Positions 27,016-41,297 of a DNA stretch of 64,000 nt are shown here, in pieces. The notes under the pieces were generated by a model. It saw only the letters and a list, made by a program, of their open reading frames with translations, was not told the DNA's origin and made no database searches. A program made the translations under genes and the position numbers. How positions within the stretch are numbered: the first letter of the stretch is position 1; each line of letters begins with the position of its first letter. This stretch comes from Octopus vulgaris (taxonomy: Eukaryota). The stretch covers positions 126,852,001 through 126,916,000 of the forward strand of contig OX597819.1 in the NCBI GenBank assembly GCA_951406725.2. Direction: 5' to 3'.

Positions 27016-27277
27016 CAGATGATATACTCTCCAGAACATCATATAGTACCAACTAAACTCTCTCGTATTGACGCAAGCTCAAGAGAATTGAACTCAAACG
27101 GCCAGAATTATTCGGTTTATCCAGCACCTTTCAACACTTTTGTCACAAATACCTCAGCAAACGATGGACAAAAAGAATATCAAAGTATCAAACAAGAAAT
27201 ACCATTACCTGGGTCCTTGACATCACCCGGCGGCGGTGTTGAAGCACACACAGGTTCCAATTACAGCCCTCCTGTTG
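27016..27277 (+). CDS. Pax2/5/8: Internal coding exon B (262 nt, phase 0-1): QMIYSPEHHIVPTKLSRIDASSRELNSNGQNYSVYPAPFNTFVTNTSANDGQKEYQSIKQEIPLPGSLTSPGGGVEAHTGSNYSPPV
   Basis: Acceptor tttttcag|cag and donor GTTG|gtatgt. Non-repetitive coding-like sequence inside ORF 26986-27300. Contains the SUMO-type motif IKQE and SP motifs typical of transcription-factor regulatory regions. Confidence 0.75.
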
Positions 27278-29412
27278 GTATGTACAGCAAACTTTTCTAG
27301 TATAGGGACGCGAAAGCGACTACAATAACGAAAACTAATCTTTCCAATAAAATTTTTTTTTGTTTTTGCAATCCCAAATCTTGTAGATCTTTGTCGCATA
27401 GTCTGTTTCGAAGGGAACCATGCTGCCTAACATTTATGTATTGGTTTGGTGGTGTCAGTAGTAGGAATTGATCCCACGCACTCCTCGTTTGCTTTACTGA
27501 ATATAAAATCTTTAATTACCAATAATTCCTACCGAAAATCCCAGCGTTAAAACCATGCTGCGGCAGTGATCGTGACCACAAAATATTCTTTCGGGAAATA
27601 TGTACCTAGATACTACAGATTACTTAATCTGTTTTTTTTTTCCGTTTGCTTGTATGTAACTATTTTAGTCCTTTTATGTATATTCCAAAGTCAATTATTA
27701 TATTCTTTGAACGAATTACTTTTTTCCTTCTTTCTATTCTTCTTCTTCATCAAAGACAAATATTCCTATGCATTATGACATCACCCTATTTTATAAATTT
27801 TTAAACATTTTCGCTTCCAAGTTTAACTGTTTTTGCTTTACTTTCTACCATAATTGTATCATAATTTATAGTTTTCTCTGCTTTTATAATTACTTCATTC
27901 AGAGAAGTGCTGTTGAATAAATTAAGGGTATTTCAATATATTCTTGTAATCCATTTTCTTCGAAAACAAGACCTTCTAAGATCCTAAACCGCTGGAACAC
28001 AGCGAATGGTTTCGTCTTAATAAAGCAATATAAAGCAAGAATAAACTAAAATGATCTTTGGTCGAATGTAATTCAAAAAGAATGCACTGAAATCTTACGT
28101 CGTTACTGTATTTTTTCAAGTTGCAGCGTGTTGTTCGACTTAAGGCTGCACCACATCTAATCACCCAGCAGTGACTGAATATTTCTATAATTTTTTACAC
28201 AAAATAGCTAAAATGTATGACTGTGACTATAATAAAATTTGATCTCTTACGGTGAAGACCTGGCTTGAGTAAAGCATTCAATATACTCTCTGCTCTTAGA
28301 AGGGAACAAAACGGTTGAAAATTGATGAATACGCTAGTAGGGTAACATACTGAAGAATGAAGCTTCTTATTGTAGAATGGGTGCATATGAAAAAATTTCA
28401 TTTCTCATTAAAAAATATCAATAAATGAACATATATTTATGCGTGCTCATACAGCTGTACATATCAGAAAATCTATTGAGTAACAATGGTTTCGAGTGTT
28501 CCAAATTGTTTCACAGCAAGATTTTACATATCTTATTGGAGGATAATGAAATAATGTCACCTATCTTTAAAAAATAAACAGAGCTGTTTTTGGTTAATGG
28601 AATCCCTGGCAGGTGAAACTTTAACGTCAATCTGATTAGCTTACAACGTCTTAAAGCTGCTTCTTTTTCTCCTTACTCCGTTTTAAAATTATATCTTTTT
28701 CTCTCTCCTATTCTCGCCTCTTTTCTTTTCGAGCTATTCTTCTCAAATAATACATCATTGCTAAAAATGTTTTCTATTTATTTGCGAACAACAAAGTTTC
28801 AGCTACAGGGATTTCTTAAATCAAATTAACGCAGCAGGCCTGTAACTACACATTACAAACTAATCTAACACGAAAACATAATCTTCTCTTTCTTCTTCTT
28901 GTCCTTGTTATTTAATGTGCTTTTTCACATGCATGCTATTTATTTTTCAAAGAGTGGGAGTATATTAGTCATGGAATACATTCAAGTAGACTTCTCGCCT
29001 AGAGATACGACACCGTTTCGGGCAAAGTCTCATCTAATAATACCACTCTATATTTTCCGAAGTAATTAGATTTATTTTCTTGACTACATCTTTTTCAAAT
29101 TGCAGTAGTTGTCATTATTATTGGTGGAGTGGTGAGCAAGGTAGAACAAACAATCTATCGATGGTTAGTAGTTCGCGACATAGCTTCAATTCCTTAGCGA
29201 TAGCAAGTTACTTCATGTGCACCGATTATAAGGTCGGAAATAGCGCTTAGCTGACAACATAGCACTTTCTTCAGTATACCTTACTGCATTCAGTTTACTT
29301 GGTTTTGGGAATACCAGATGTACCTTTTGTCAAACTGGAAGCAAATCCACTCTAATGTCATTGAGTATTGAGAGTAACTTTTTTTTTAATGTCAATGATG
29401 CTGCTGCTGCTG

Positions 29413-29781
29413 TTGAGCGAACGGTCTTCGTCCCAGAGCTCGCAAGATGGGAGCAGTCCGAAACGTGGTCCTTTGCTATTCGTAAGACCCGCAGAAGAGA
29501 AAGCAGGTCAACCCCCGACACCGAGAGCATCGACGGATGGATGAATGCGCATCCAGGCTCAGCGGTTGCGTAGGAAGTCGGGGACAAGAAAGAGGAAGAA
29601 AGAGTGAGAGAAAGTTGGAGCGAAAGAGTACAACAGGGGTCGCCACCACCGACTGCGGGAGCATCGTGGAGCTTTAGGTGTTTTCGCTCAATAAACACAC
29701 ACAAGGTCCGGTCTGGGAATCGAAACTGCGATCCTCCAACCGCGAGTCCGCTACCCTAACCACTGGGCCATTGCGCCTCAA
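29413..29781 (-). mobile_element. tRNA-derived SINE family 3 (tRNA-Arg-like head) inserted in a (CTG)n tract
   Basis: Minus-strand head GAGGCGCAATGGCCCAGTGGTTAGGG...GTTTCGATTCCCAGACC matches 52925. Flanked by ctgctgctgctg at 29401-29412 and 29782-29793. Confidence 0.82.
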
Positions 29782-32269
29782 CTGCTGCTGCTGATATATT
29801 TAGAATGGAAAGGTTTAATGAACTAACAAGTAATGCATTTGTTTAATTCTTTCCAAATTATTTTATTAGTACTAATTAGTTATCTTCTATTTTAATCTAT
29901 TTACAAAAAAAAAAAAAAGGCAAGAATCATATCTTACATAGCACCACCCTCAAGCTACATAAATGTACCCTGCATTAACCCGTTCCTCAAAATAATTAAG
30001 GGGGCCCCTGGAATTTAACTGTTTTCATTTTGATTTCTTGAAAATGTGTTGAAACTGAATTAGTAATGAGTTTCGTGGCAGATTAAAAGGAATAAAGAAG
30101 CAGCAACAAAAATTAGTGAGATGATAGCGTTAACACTAAATGTTTGACGCAAAAAAAAAAAGATAAAGAAAATAGTTTTTAAAAATTGCCAGACATATGG
30201 TGATGGGTTAAACAGTTAGATTGAGAATAGGAGAGAGGAGGGTGTTGTGGTGGGAGACACAACAAGTACATTAAATTTTGCTTTTTTATTTTAAGCAATT
30301 AAAACATACGGGAATATAATCTTTTGAAAAATCAGACTCATAAAAAGATGAAATTCATTTGATGCAAACTTTATGGCACAAAAATAAATGATAAAAGATG
30401 TTTATAATTAAAATACAAGGTGGTGTAGATAGCCGAATATTTCAGCACTTGTCAAGTTTGTTATGAAAACTTTTTGCGTTCAAATTCCGCCGGGACCAAC
30501 TTCGAATTAAATCCTGCTGAGTTCAATAAAATGAATAATCGAAACATCCTCTGCTCGTCTCTGTCCTTCCTTATTTAATAATTACAACAATAATTAACAG
30601 ATATCTATTCATCAATAATGATTATTGTTAATGGTGAGTGCCATAAAGGAAATTGTATGAGGGAATTGGATGTGATTTCTTAATGGTTATAAAACCACTC
30701 CCTTTTGAAAACGCAACTTGTATATATTATAAGAAATCGATAGTTATGATTCCGTGTAGGATGGGAGATTAAAAGTCTAAATCGATCAGACTATTTTATA
30801 TAACTGTTTCTATTTCTACTATACGTATATTCTTCGGTGGTACATATCTGTATCCTTTGAATCAAACTTACAATCTTTATTAGGGTTACATAAATTTTAG
30901 AGGAGTTACATATCTATTGTTATAGTAAACTAACATTTTTCTCTTTTGGTTCCAATCTGGTAAATCCCTGAAAATGAGAGTGATTTTACAACGAAGATGT
31001 GGATCTTGGCTCGAATTTTCATCGTTTTGTTTGCAAGTAATAGTGAATGTAAAGTCTCTTAAGCTTGGTAATCACATAGCTTTTGCAGACAACTTAGAAA
31101 ATAGAACTGTAAAAACGAGTTACTATTAAATAAATTCTGACAAAAGCGGTGTAGATCATTTTCACATGATAAGGATGGCAATAATGTGTGTTTAAGTTTA
31201 TTTCCTAATCTAAAGGGTCCCCTTGTCAAATAAGAGCAAGATAAAGGGAGTAGTAAGTCTTGGCAATATCAGAAATTATCTTTCAAAATTACACTCGTGA
31301 CCTTGATGTGTCTTTGTAGAAAATCGTATAATTGTTTTGTAAAGTTCGCAAATGATACTGTATCGAGTTGCGAATATTCAGATGTGGGACCTTAACACTA
31401 CATTTCGCCACCTTTCAGTGTTATAGTTTCTGTACATTTCTAATAAACATTTCTTGAATTTGTAAATATGTGACTTCTTTAACAGCCCGAATATGTATAA
31501 GAATATTATCTCTTGATCTCATTTCTCCTGCTGAGTTTCGGTGCCAAAGTAAGTGGCAGGAAGAACTATTTGCGATCTTTTGATATGTTACAAATTTAGT
31601 AATAATTTTACCTTTTACTGAAGAATGAGAGCACAGTGAATAAATATTCCCCTGGGCGATTTCGGAAGACAAAAATTCTTTATGCTTACCAGTAATTTGG
31701 CAACCCACACAAAATCTTTCTAGCAGTTGAAATGATTTGCTCTTGTTAAGTCCCAGATCTATGATACAAGACAATCTAATATACTGTGTAACGCCAATGT
31801 ATTCTGTCGTTTAGATGGTACAGTAAAATATGAAAGACATTTGAATACCATTTAGAAGGTTGAGCGGCCTTGAGGAAGTTTCTTCGGAAAGATAGGTCAT
31901 TTCAAAGTAGATTTTATAAACAAAATATATTTTTGAAGACGAGTATTTCTGAAGATAACCTGCTCTTTACTTCTGATCAACAGTAAGTCATGGTTTTGTT
32001 GCTTTCATTAGCCAACTGATGTTTTGCAAACAACTGGCACATGTAAGTGCTACCAGTCGAAAGCTCCACATACCGAAAGACAAGTGTATGGGGCCATCAG
32101 GAGAAAATGCGTTTCGGAGCCTACCTCTCGACGGCGTCATTGCGCACCGGCCCCACTCACTGATATGCGAACCCGCTTGCTAGATCACCTAGTTATCAAA
32201 TAAAGCTCAATATTCTAGCCATCGCTCATCGTCCCTGTGTAACCAAATCTAGTGGTTAGCCTTTTTTCA

Positions 32270-33010
32270 TTGTGGTTTAGATAACGTTCATGGTGTTATT
32301 CACTTTACAATGAGTCCAACAAATCCTCTTCATACGACTTGGAAAATACTTCGCTTTCCAGCCTGCTTCTTCACATTCCTCGAGGGGGTTTACATAGCGG
32401 TCAATCTTTCGAGCCCGAACGGCGTCCATGTTGTCTTCATGAGAAATCGTTAACTCGACTAGTTTCACTACTCCCTTTCTTTCACACCACATCATAATAT
32501 CCAGTTTTTTCTCAACTGGGAAGGAAAAGAATCCCTGTCACTATGGTAAATCTGCATCCACCTGCCAATAGTGGATCCACGTTTCATCTCTCACAGCAAG
32601 TTTCTTATAACGGATCCGCTGTCCTGAGCGTACGAAGATAATGACATCTCTGATTGTTTTTTTCATCGGTTTTTCCTCTGTTGATGGGAGCAATTTGGTT
32701 CTTTATAGCATTGAAGATAACCTTAAGGACCAGCTTGTGTCTCCATGTATATCTATTCAATGCTAATGAATAGTTGGAATAGAATATGTTACAGTGTTCC
32801 AGCCTTTCCGCATTTGCCTATATCATTCTCTGAGACGTTCCAGATTTGTAGGCAAGACATAGGATGAACGAATCAGAAAACTTAGCCCAGATGTAGTCCA
32901 CCACCATATCTCATTCCAACTTATTTTTCTCTCAGCAACATGTTCCTCCCATCTCGGCATCTGTCCTTTCGACTATTGACGCCTGTGGTAACTGCAACGA
33001 GCCTCTTTTA
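32270..33010 (-). mobile_element. Decayed non-LTR retrotransposon with a restriction-like endonuclease (R2 superfamily, HERO-like)
   Basis: Minus strand has a zinc-knuckle remnant CGKAGTL*HIL...ALNRYTWRHKLVL, followed by endonuclease-like DIMMWCERKGVVKLVELTISHEDNMDAVRARKIDRY..LEECEEAGW. Confidence 0.75.
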
Positions 33011-33855
33011 AGATAGAGAGCTGAACTGTTCAATATCCGAGGAAGGCCTAGCCAAGACACATTTATACTATCGAAATGATTCTTCATTGACGGTACCTAG
33101 AAGACAATCCTATAACAAAAGAAAGACACGGTGAAGTACCGGGGTTGATTTAATCGGTTAACTTCTCCCTAAAAACTTGCTGGCCTTGTGCCTAGGTTAG
33201 AAACACTCATTTATTACGATTTCTGTTTTGTTGTACAACCTGAAAGTAATAAATATGATTCGGATAATGTGCCCTGGTTTCACTATGTGGGAAATATAAA
33301 AAAAGCAAGATAGTCATGGCTGGAATGCCTTTTATCAAAGCTGATCTGGGGCTAAATAACAACACCAAACAATTATCTAGCTGTCTGTCACTAGAATCAA
33401 ATTCCTCTTTTATTTTCTTGGCATCCAAAGATATTTTGGTGTCAGAACAAGTAGCAAATAATTTTCTCCTGTTTGGCGGAAGTGAGAATAATATACTGAC
33501 AAGTCCACTTGGTCGGGTGGTCGGTCGGGTGGTCGGTCGGGTGGTCGGTCGGTCGCTCGGCCAAGTCAGTTGTTGTTGTTCATTATTTCATTCTTGATGA
33601 TTTTAACAGACCTTCCTGAAGTTGAAAATCTTTTCTATTAGGTAGGAATCCTTACATACAGAGATAGCAAGTGCCCTTCCTTTTATTCTGTATGGTCTGT
33701 CTGTTGGCGGTTAGATGTGTTGACTGGGCGGAGGGGTGGACGGACAGTCGATGTGTAGTTAGACGAGGTAAATAAATACTGGCGAAGCAGTCATTTGATA
33801 TATATAGGAAGATATATGTATATGATATATATTACATTGTATATGCTATATAAGT

Positions 33856-33891
<36 letters not shown>

Positions 33892-36800
33892 GTGTGTGTA
33901 TGTGTGTGTGTAAACACACACATATATATATATAATATAAATATATATATATATATATACATGCATCTTACTACAAGCGTATAATGTAGTGTGTATGCGT
34001 GTGTATGTGTATACGCGCACACACTCTACATTACACGCTTGTAGTAAGATGTAAGTCATCTCTACATCAAAAAGACGACTATTGATTCGAGGTGCAGTGA
34101 AGCGTAACTTCTACAGCAGTGCCAGATCCATCAACTTGCAGATCAGGGACATTGAAGTAAAAAGAGAAAAAAATCCCCTCACCGCTCCCTCTCCAAAAAA
34201 GAAAATTAAAGAGAAACACCTAACAACAAATAAAAAATACTCAGAAAAGAAATAGGTTCCTCTTTATCCATCCCCTTTGTGGTTTTTGGATGTACCATAA
34301 TACATGGCACCAGAGTCTCCTCTGGGAGTCCTTATATCTTCAAGACTTAAAAATTATTTTTTTTCATTTCCTTCTCACTTTTCTCGTCGTTTATTTAAAA
34401 TTTGGTTCTTTTTCTGCCTTTCTTTCATTTTGGAGCAATGCGGCATCTTTCTACTTTTCTATCCCAATTTCTTATATGTCATGATGAACATAAACATAGG
34501 TTTAAAGAGAAAGAACGGGGAAGGTGTGTTGAGTATCCTTGAATATGATGTGTTTGTATCGCTCGTTTTACGTTTTAAGCGCATGCGCTTAAAATAGAAA
34601 GGCATTTTTTGTATATAGCTAGTTATTAAACAGTTTAATTACGTGTGTGTGTGTGTGTGTGCGTTTCTGTGCTTTGGAATGAAGAGTACATGGCTTAAAT
34701 TGTTTCATTTATGAAAGTGCAGGAAAGACAATTTGTTTATACAACTCTTTATGAAGAAAAATACTTTGGCCTATTTTGGAGGAGAGCTTATAATAGTGAA
34801 TTGCAGGGAAAGCTTAACCAATATTCTTTTCTCATCACAATAGTTATTACTAATGTTGATATTGATGGTTGGGTGGTATTCTATTTTGGAATGAATTTTA
34901 CAGATGTTTTCGAATACTAGGGAATAAATAGTTCCCTAAGAATTAACTCGAATTATTTTCTGTGTATATGTTTGTGCTTGTGTGCGCACGCGCGTGAGTG
35001 AAAAGGTCTGTGTGTGTGTGTGTGTGAGTGTGTGTGTGTGAGTGTGTGTGTGTGAGAGAGAGAGAGAATTTTACAACCAATCCCGAAACAATTTACAATT
35101 AATTTCAGTAATCAAAATTCTTTTGATCCAGTTGCCATGACCACCATAATTTAGAGACAAGTACATTATTATATGGGTCACATTATTTTATCATTCTGCT
35201 GTATAATTTTTGTATTTATATTTGTAACCTTGAATGCACAATCATCATTTCAAGTGAGGCGGGGAATGCATGAAGAATAAAACACAAATATACGGGGGTG
35301 TAAATAATAACATCATAATTCTTTTTTAAATATTGAGAGAAGCATGGTTTTATTAATATTATCATAATTATTTGTGCTAGCTATGAGTAGAATCCTTAAC
35401 GTAGTTATCTGAAGCACTAACATTGCTCAATCTACTGATACAAATATTTTTACAGCAAAAATAATTTTATTTCACGTTCGAAAGAAAAAAAACAATCAAC
35501 AAAAAATGACGCAAAAAGAATTCTTTCGAACAAAGTATCAATATACTTTATAAATACTTGTTGTTGTATGTTGTTGAATTAAAAAGCAAAATTCATCCAA
35601 TTTTATGTTTTCTGTTTAAGCATGTATTTATAAGGAGTAAAGTATTTACATCAAAAAATGCATGCTTATACATTCATTCTAAACTTGAGTATAAAGACTC
35701 TTGGGTAAAAACTGAACAATGAAACAATCATTAATTTCTGAAATTTACATATTAAATTTGCCAAACTTCGAAATTTAAAAGAAAAAAAATCCAGCCTACC
35801 ATTCTTGTCTTGTAAAAATATTCAAATGAGTTATTCAGCGACCCATGAAAGCTATAATGATTATGCTAATTAAATAAATGATTGAATTCAAAGAATAATG
35901 CATAATTTATTAATATTATAAAGCAGTAAGTAGTTAAGCTTGTAACTGATGTGCACCATTCATTATATCATATACAAATTGATATTAGATGATACTTGAG
36001 TTGAGGAGATAAATTCAAAATGGTTGTCATATTTTAAACTAGATATTCTTTGTGTTTTATTTTATTTTATGTAATTTAGAATATAAAAGATTTCTCTCTT
36101 AACCGGAGAAAGATGTTTTGAATATCATCCCAAAATGTCTTTGAGATAGATTTAACAAATATAAATATCAGCTCTGCCTCATTTCGTGCAAGGATTGCGT
36201 ATCAGAGCTTGTTTCTTAACCAAATACAAATATGGCTTTGAGTAGGAAGCAAGATCTCGTTACCACGAAGCTATTACACTTAAGTCTAGTTAACAGATAA
36301 GTTTTATAATGAATTACAAAAGTGATATGGACAAATTTATTTTAAACATGTTTCTTGACTGCGTTTTTGCCCAAGAGTGTACATTGTTCGTAAACTTATG
36401 ATTATTTCCTTTCTGACTAAAGATAATTAAAGAAGCAATTGACGTAGTATACGAAATCTAAACTGAGATCTCTGTTCACCTAAATTCTTTCTTGAAATAA
36501 TGTTACAATATTACGTAGAAAGTCAGAAAGGTAATATCTTCGTTGTGTTAGTTTGTCTTTTAGTCATGTTTGGGTTATAGTCCTTTTTTAAGTTTAGTGC
36601 TTTGATACCTCAATGATTGCTACATAAACAATATTTTCAAATCTAACAAGATAGTATGTTTTTGTTGTCTTTTTAAATGCATTTTTTCGAGTTTCCTTTG
36701 ATAATCTTATTATTCCAGCAGATAACAGAGTAGTCTTCAAAATTAGATTTAGAACACATCATTATCGTATATCCATACGAATGATGAATCCTCCCGATGA

Positions 36801-37088
36801 AGTATCAAAAGACTCCTCTTTCTCACGCCAAATTAACTTTGCGAAATATTTTCCAATTTAGTCCATTATTAGTGTCGTCAAAATCTATTCACGGATTCAC
36901 ATAGTTGTTGATAAACGAACTTGTAGGTATTGTCAAGGAGAAACCTTTTAGACAAGTACTTAAAGTTACCTTTTTTCTTTTTAGTCGCGGCTAAACTCAG
37001 TTAGTCTAGCTGTTGCGTTCATTTAGCATTCGCGTATACAAAATATTACTTGTAATATTGTTAAAAATAGGTTCTTTTATATTGATAT

Positions 37089-37371
37089 GTTAGTTAGTTA
37101 ATTTTTGGGCTCAAAAGCAAAAAGCAAGGCCATGTAGGGGGACATGGAGTTAAGTACAGGGTGGTGTTCATGTAAAGAGTTCAGGCCACTTGAGGTCAAG
37201 GGAGACTTCGAACAAAGCGGTCGTCGGCATCTTCACCATCTCGTCTGGCAGCTTGTTCCACGGATCCGCAACCCGGACGGAGAAAGCTCCTCTCCTTCGA
37301 TTGAGATGAAATCGTCGCAGGTAGAGCTTTTCGGAATGACCCCGCAGCCGACGCTCTGGAGCAGGAGTGAA
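37089..37371 (-). mobile_element. 5'-truncated CR1 LINE 3' end with (TAAC)n tail
   Basis: Minus strand FTPAPERRLRGHSEKLYLRRFHLNRRRGAFSVRVADPWNKLPDEMV...LDLKWPELFT* is the classic CR1 ORF2 terminus, still open. Tail gttagttagtta. Confidence 0.88.
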
Positions 37372-38054
37372 TATTTAATAGCTAAATAGCATATGTAGCA
37401 CTGCCGCGAAGTGAAACTTGCAGAAATGTATTCTAATTTTGGGGTAAATTTTTCGGTTCTCATAACTGTTCGTTCAGTTCACTGCTGTCATAAGCCGGCA
37501 GACATAGCCATTTACAAGATGGATAATGTGTTTTAATTTACGCATACATAATATTAACTTGCATATAACTGTTTAATAACAATTTACAAATTACTACAAT
37601 ATGAGCCGACAGGAGAAGGTTTGCGTGATTGCTAAAAATAAAGCCAAATATTTCTCAAATTGCACTAAATTATCTTAGAAAAAGAAGAACACATGGATTA
37701 ATGTGGAACGAAACACACCCTGCTTGAATGGAAGACGGTATGCCATGGTATTAATGTCCTTGAGCAAAGGTTTGCTGGGGAAGAGATATCTAGAGGACTA
37801 AATGACAACTAGTACTCCAACGCAATAATGTGTGAGTGTGTGTTGCATGTAAGTATTTTGAAAATTTATAACATGGTACTATTGAGAATTTCGAGTATAT
37901 AGACGGTTTTATGTTCCCTTGCAAGAGTATAATGTATGTATGCATGTAAGTATGTGTATATATACGGGTGTGTGTTGTGTGTGTCTTCTATTGCAGATCC
38001 AGGAAATTTGGAAAAGGCAAAACTGTGTGAGTGTTTGTTTTTGCACACATACCA

Positions 38055-38212
38055 CTAGACGTTCTCGTAGCATAGCGGTTCCGCAAAAGAAACTGATAAA
38101 GTAAGCACTAAACTTAAACAGAATAAAAACTGGGGTCGATTTGTTCGAATAAACTGTTCATGGCGGCGCTCCAGTATGGCTACAGTCCAGTGACTCAAAC
38201 AAGTGAAAGAAT
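38055..38212 (+). mobile_element. Degraded 3' half of SINE family 2
   Basis: TAGCGGTTCCGCAAAAGAAACTGATAAAGTAAG...GGCGGCGCTCCAGTATGGC...AAACAAGTGAAAGA matches the tail of the 44474 element. Confidence 0.7.
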
Positions 38213-38692
38213 ACAGAATAATATATTCAAATTGGTATTTCAAAATATTTTGATAAATAAATTGATAAAGCTTATAAATATGTATAGAAAGAGTTAACTA
38301 CCAACGAGTATAGGAAAAATAACAACACAACAGTTTGGTGTCTTGGTGGTCGAAGATAAATTCAGCTCTGGAATGATTTTTAAGTCAATACGTCGAGTGA
38401 GGATACATGATATTGACATTAGTTTTACATAGGTACAAACTATGAAATGATGAATTTAAAATCTATTTAATACATTCAACTATCTGCTGGAATTATAAGA
38501 TATTTTCTTATGTGGTGAAATAATTTGGACTGAATTATGATGCAAAACGTCTTTTTACATATATTTATATATGTTTTTCATATGTTTTTTGTAAGTAAAA
38601 TCTTGTTCTGATATGGCTATGAAACTCTTTCTGCACTGCATGTAAGATACCTGCTTTTTTTGCATGGCATGCTTTGTCCCCTTTGACAACAG

Positions 38693-38899
38693 TCAATAGT
38701 GGTGGTAACGGCGGCAATTCCACGAACACTCTCACAGCAACACAGTCTTCATCCAAGCAGCAACTGAACAGAAGGAATGGTTCCAACATTGAAACCACTG
38801 GCTCCCCCTCGGGTTCCGTGGTTTCTAGCAACTTGACTGAACTGAAACCTGTGCACTCTTATCCACAACAACGCTTGCCTTCATTCGGACAATTCACAA
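38693..38899 (+). CDS. Pax2/5/8: Internal coding exon C (207 nt, phase 1-1): (V)NSGGNGGNSTNTLTATQSSSKQQLNRRNGSNIETTGSPSGSVVSSNLTELKPVHSYPQQRLPSFGQFT
   Basis: Acceptor ttgtcccctttgacaacag| falls in phase 1 of ORF 38674-38916, matching the exon B end. Donor ACAA|gtaaga. GC content is higher than the flanks. Confidence 0.75.
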
Positions 38900-39086
38900 G
38901 TAAGAGATGTCTTTAACCTTCCGGGTTTGCATTTGCTTGCGCGCTGATGCAAGAAAGGAACTAACACTAACACCATTTAGATTATGAAAATAAGTGATGC
39001 TTTATCTACCCAACTTTTTTTATTTAGATTTCAGTAGTAGGTTCTAGAGTTCGCGAAAATAATTCAAGATCAAATATTCCCTCATC

Positions 39087-40292
<1,206 letters not shown>

Positions 40293-41096
40293 AAAGCTAC
40301 GTAGAAAAAAAAAGCGGCTCAGGAATTAGACCTATTGTTGACTTGGATTACAGTTGAAAGACATATTGACAAATTCAAATTGGTGATTGACTGTTGTTCA
40401 TCGTTGTGAAGTTAAACAAGTGGCGTCAAAGAATTAAGGAAACCATTACAAGAAAAAAAAAAACCCAACTAAATATCAAGTTTGCTTTAAGCTTCTAAGT
40501 TGTTGAATGAGTTAACTAGACCACTTTTCAGATTTTGAAAGAATTGCAACAAGGGTAATAGAAATAACAAGTATTATAATATGAATATCTTAGATTCCTC
40601 TTGTAATACCAGGAAATGTTATTTATTTCAGCAAGTTACTGCTGAGATATTGTTCAGTGGGTGGGTGAATGACATAGTTTAAGTAACTTTCATTGTACTA
40701 AAAGGGAAATATCTGCCTCTTACTTTGAAAACCGAAACAACGTTCGTAACTGAAGACAAAGAGTAATGAGAAAATTTCTTATACCGTCTGTCGTATTATA
40801 TATATTTTTTTTTCTTTTCTGCTGTTTTCTTCCGTCACAAGCATGTCTTTGAGAATTGATTAATTTTTGACTCGTTTGCATGTGAGCTCGGTTTTCGTGA
40901 AGAAAAGACTAAAGAATTTAGCTTGGGTTGCATGATTTGTTGTTTTTTAAAAAAGAAAAATCCTTCATTTGATAACTAAGTATGTATGCATGTATCTATG
41001 TATGTGTGTGTATGTTATATAAAATATATGTATATTATATATATTTTCTTTTGTGCTATTTATATATATTATATACACACAATCCCTTGTATATGC

Positions 41097-41129
<33 letters not shown>

Positions 41130-41256
41130 ATATGCCAAAATATACAATTACAAAGTACATACCTGAGACCGCACTGAATTCCATAGTTCAATATTTTCAA
41201 AACTCACTATGCATGCATGCATATATATATATGTGTGTGTGTGTATGTATGTATGC

Positions 41257-41297
<41 letters not shown>

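Noticed and set aside
38647-38692. Alternative upstream acceptor (tgtaag|ata) for exon C
   Set aside because: It would be phase 0, incompatible with the phase-1 end of exon B, and has a weak pyrimidine tract.
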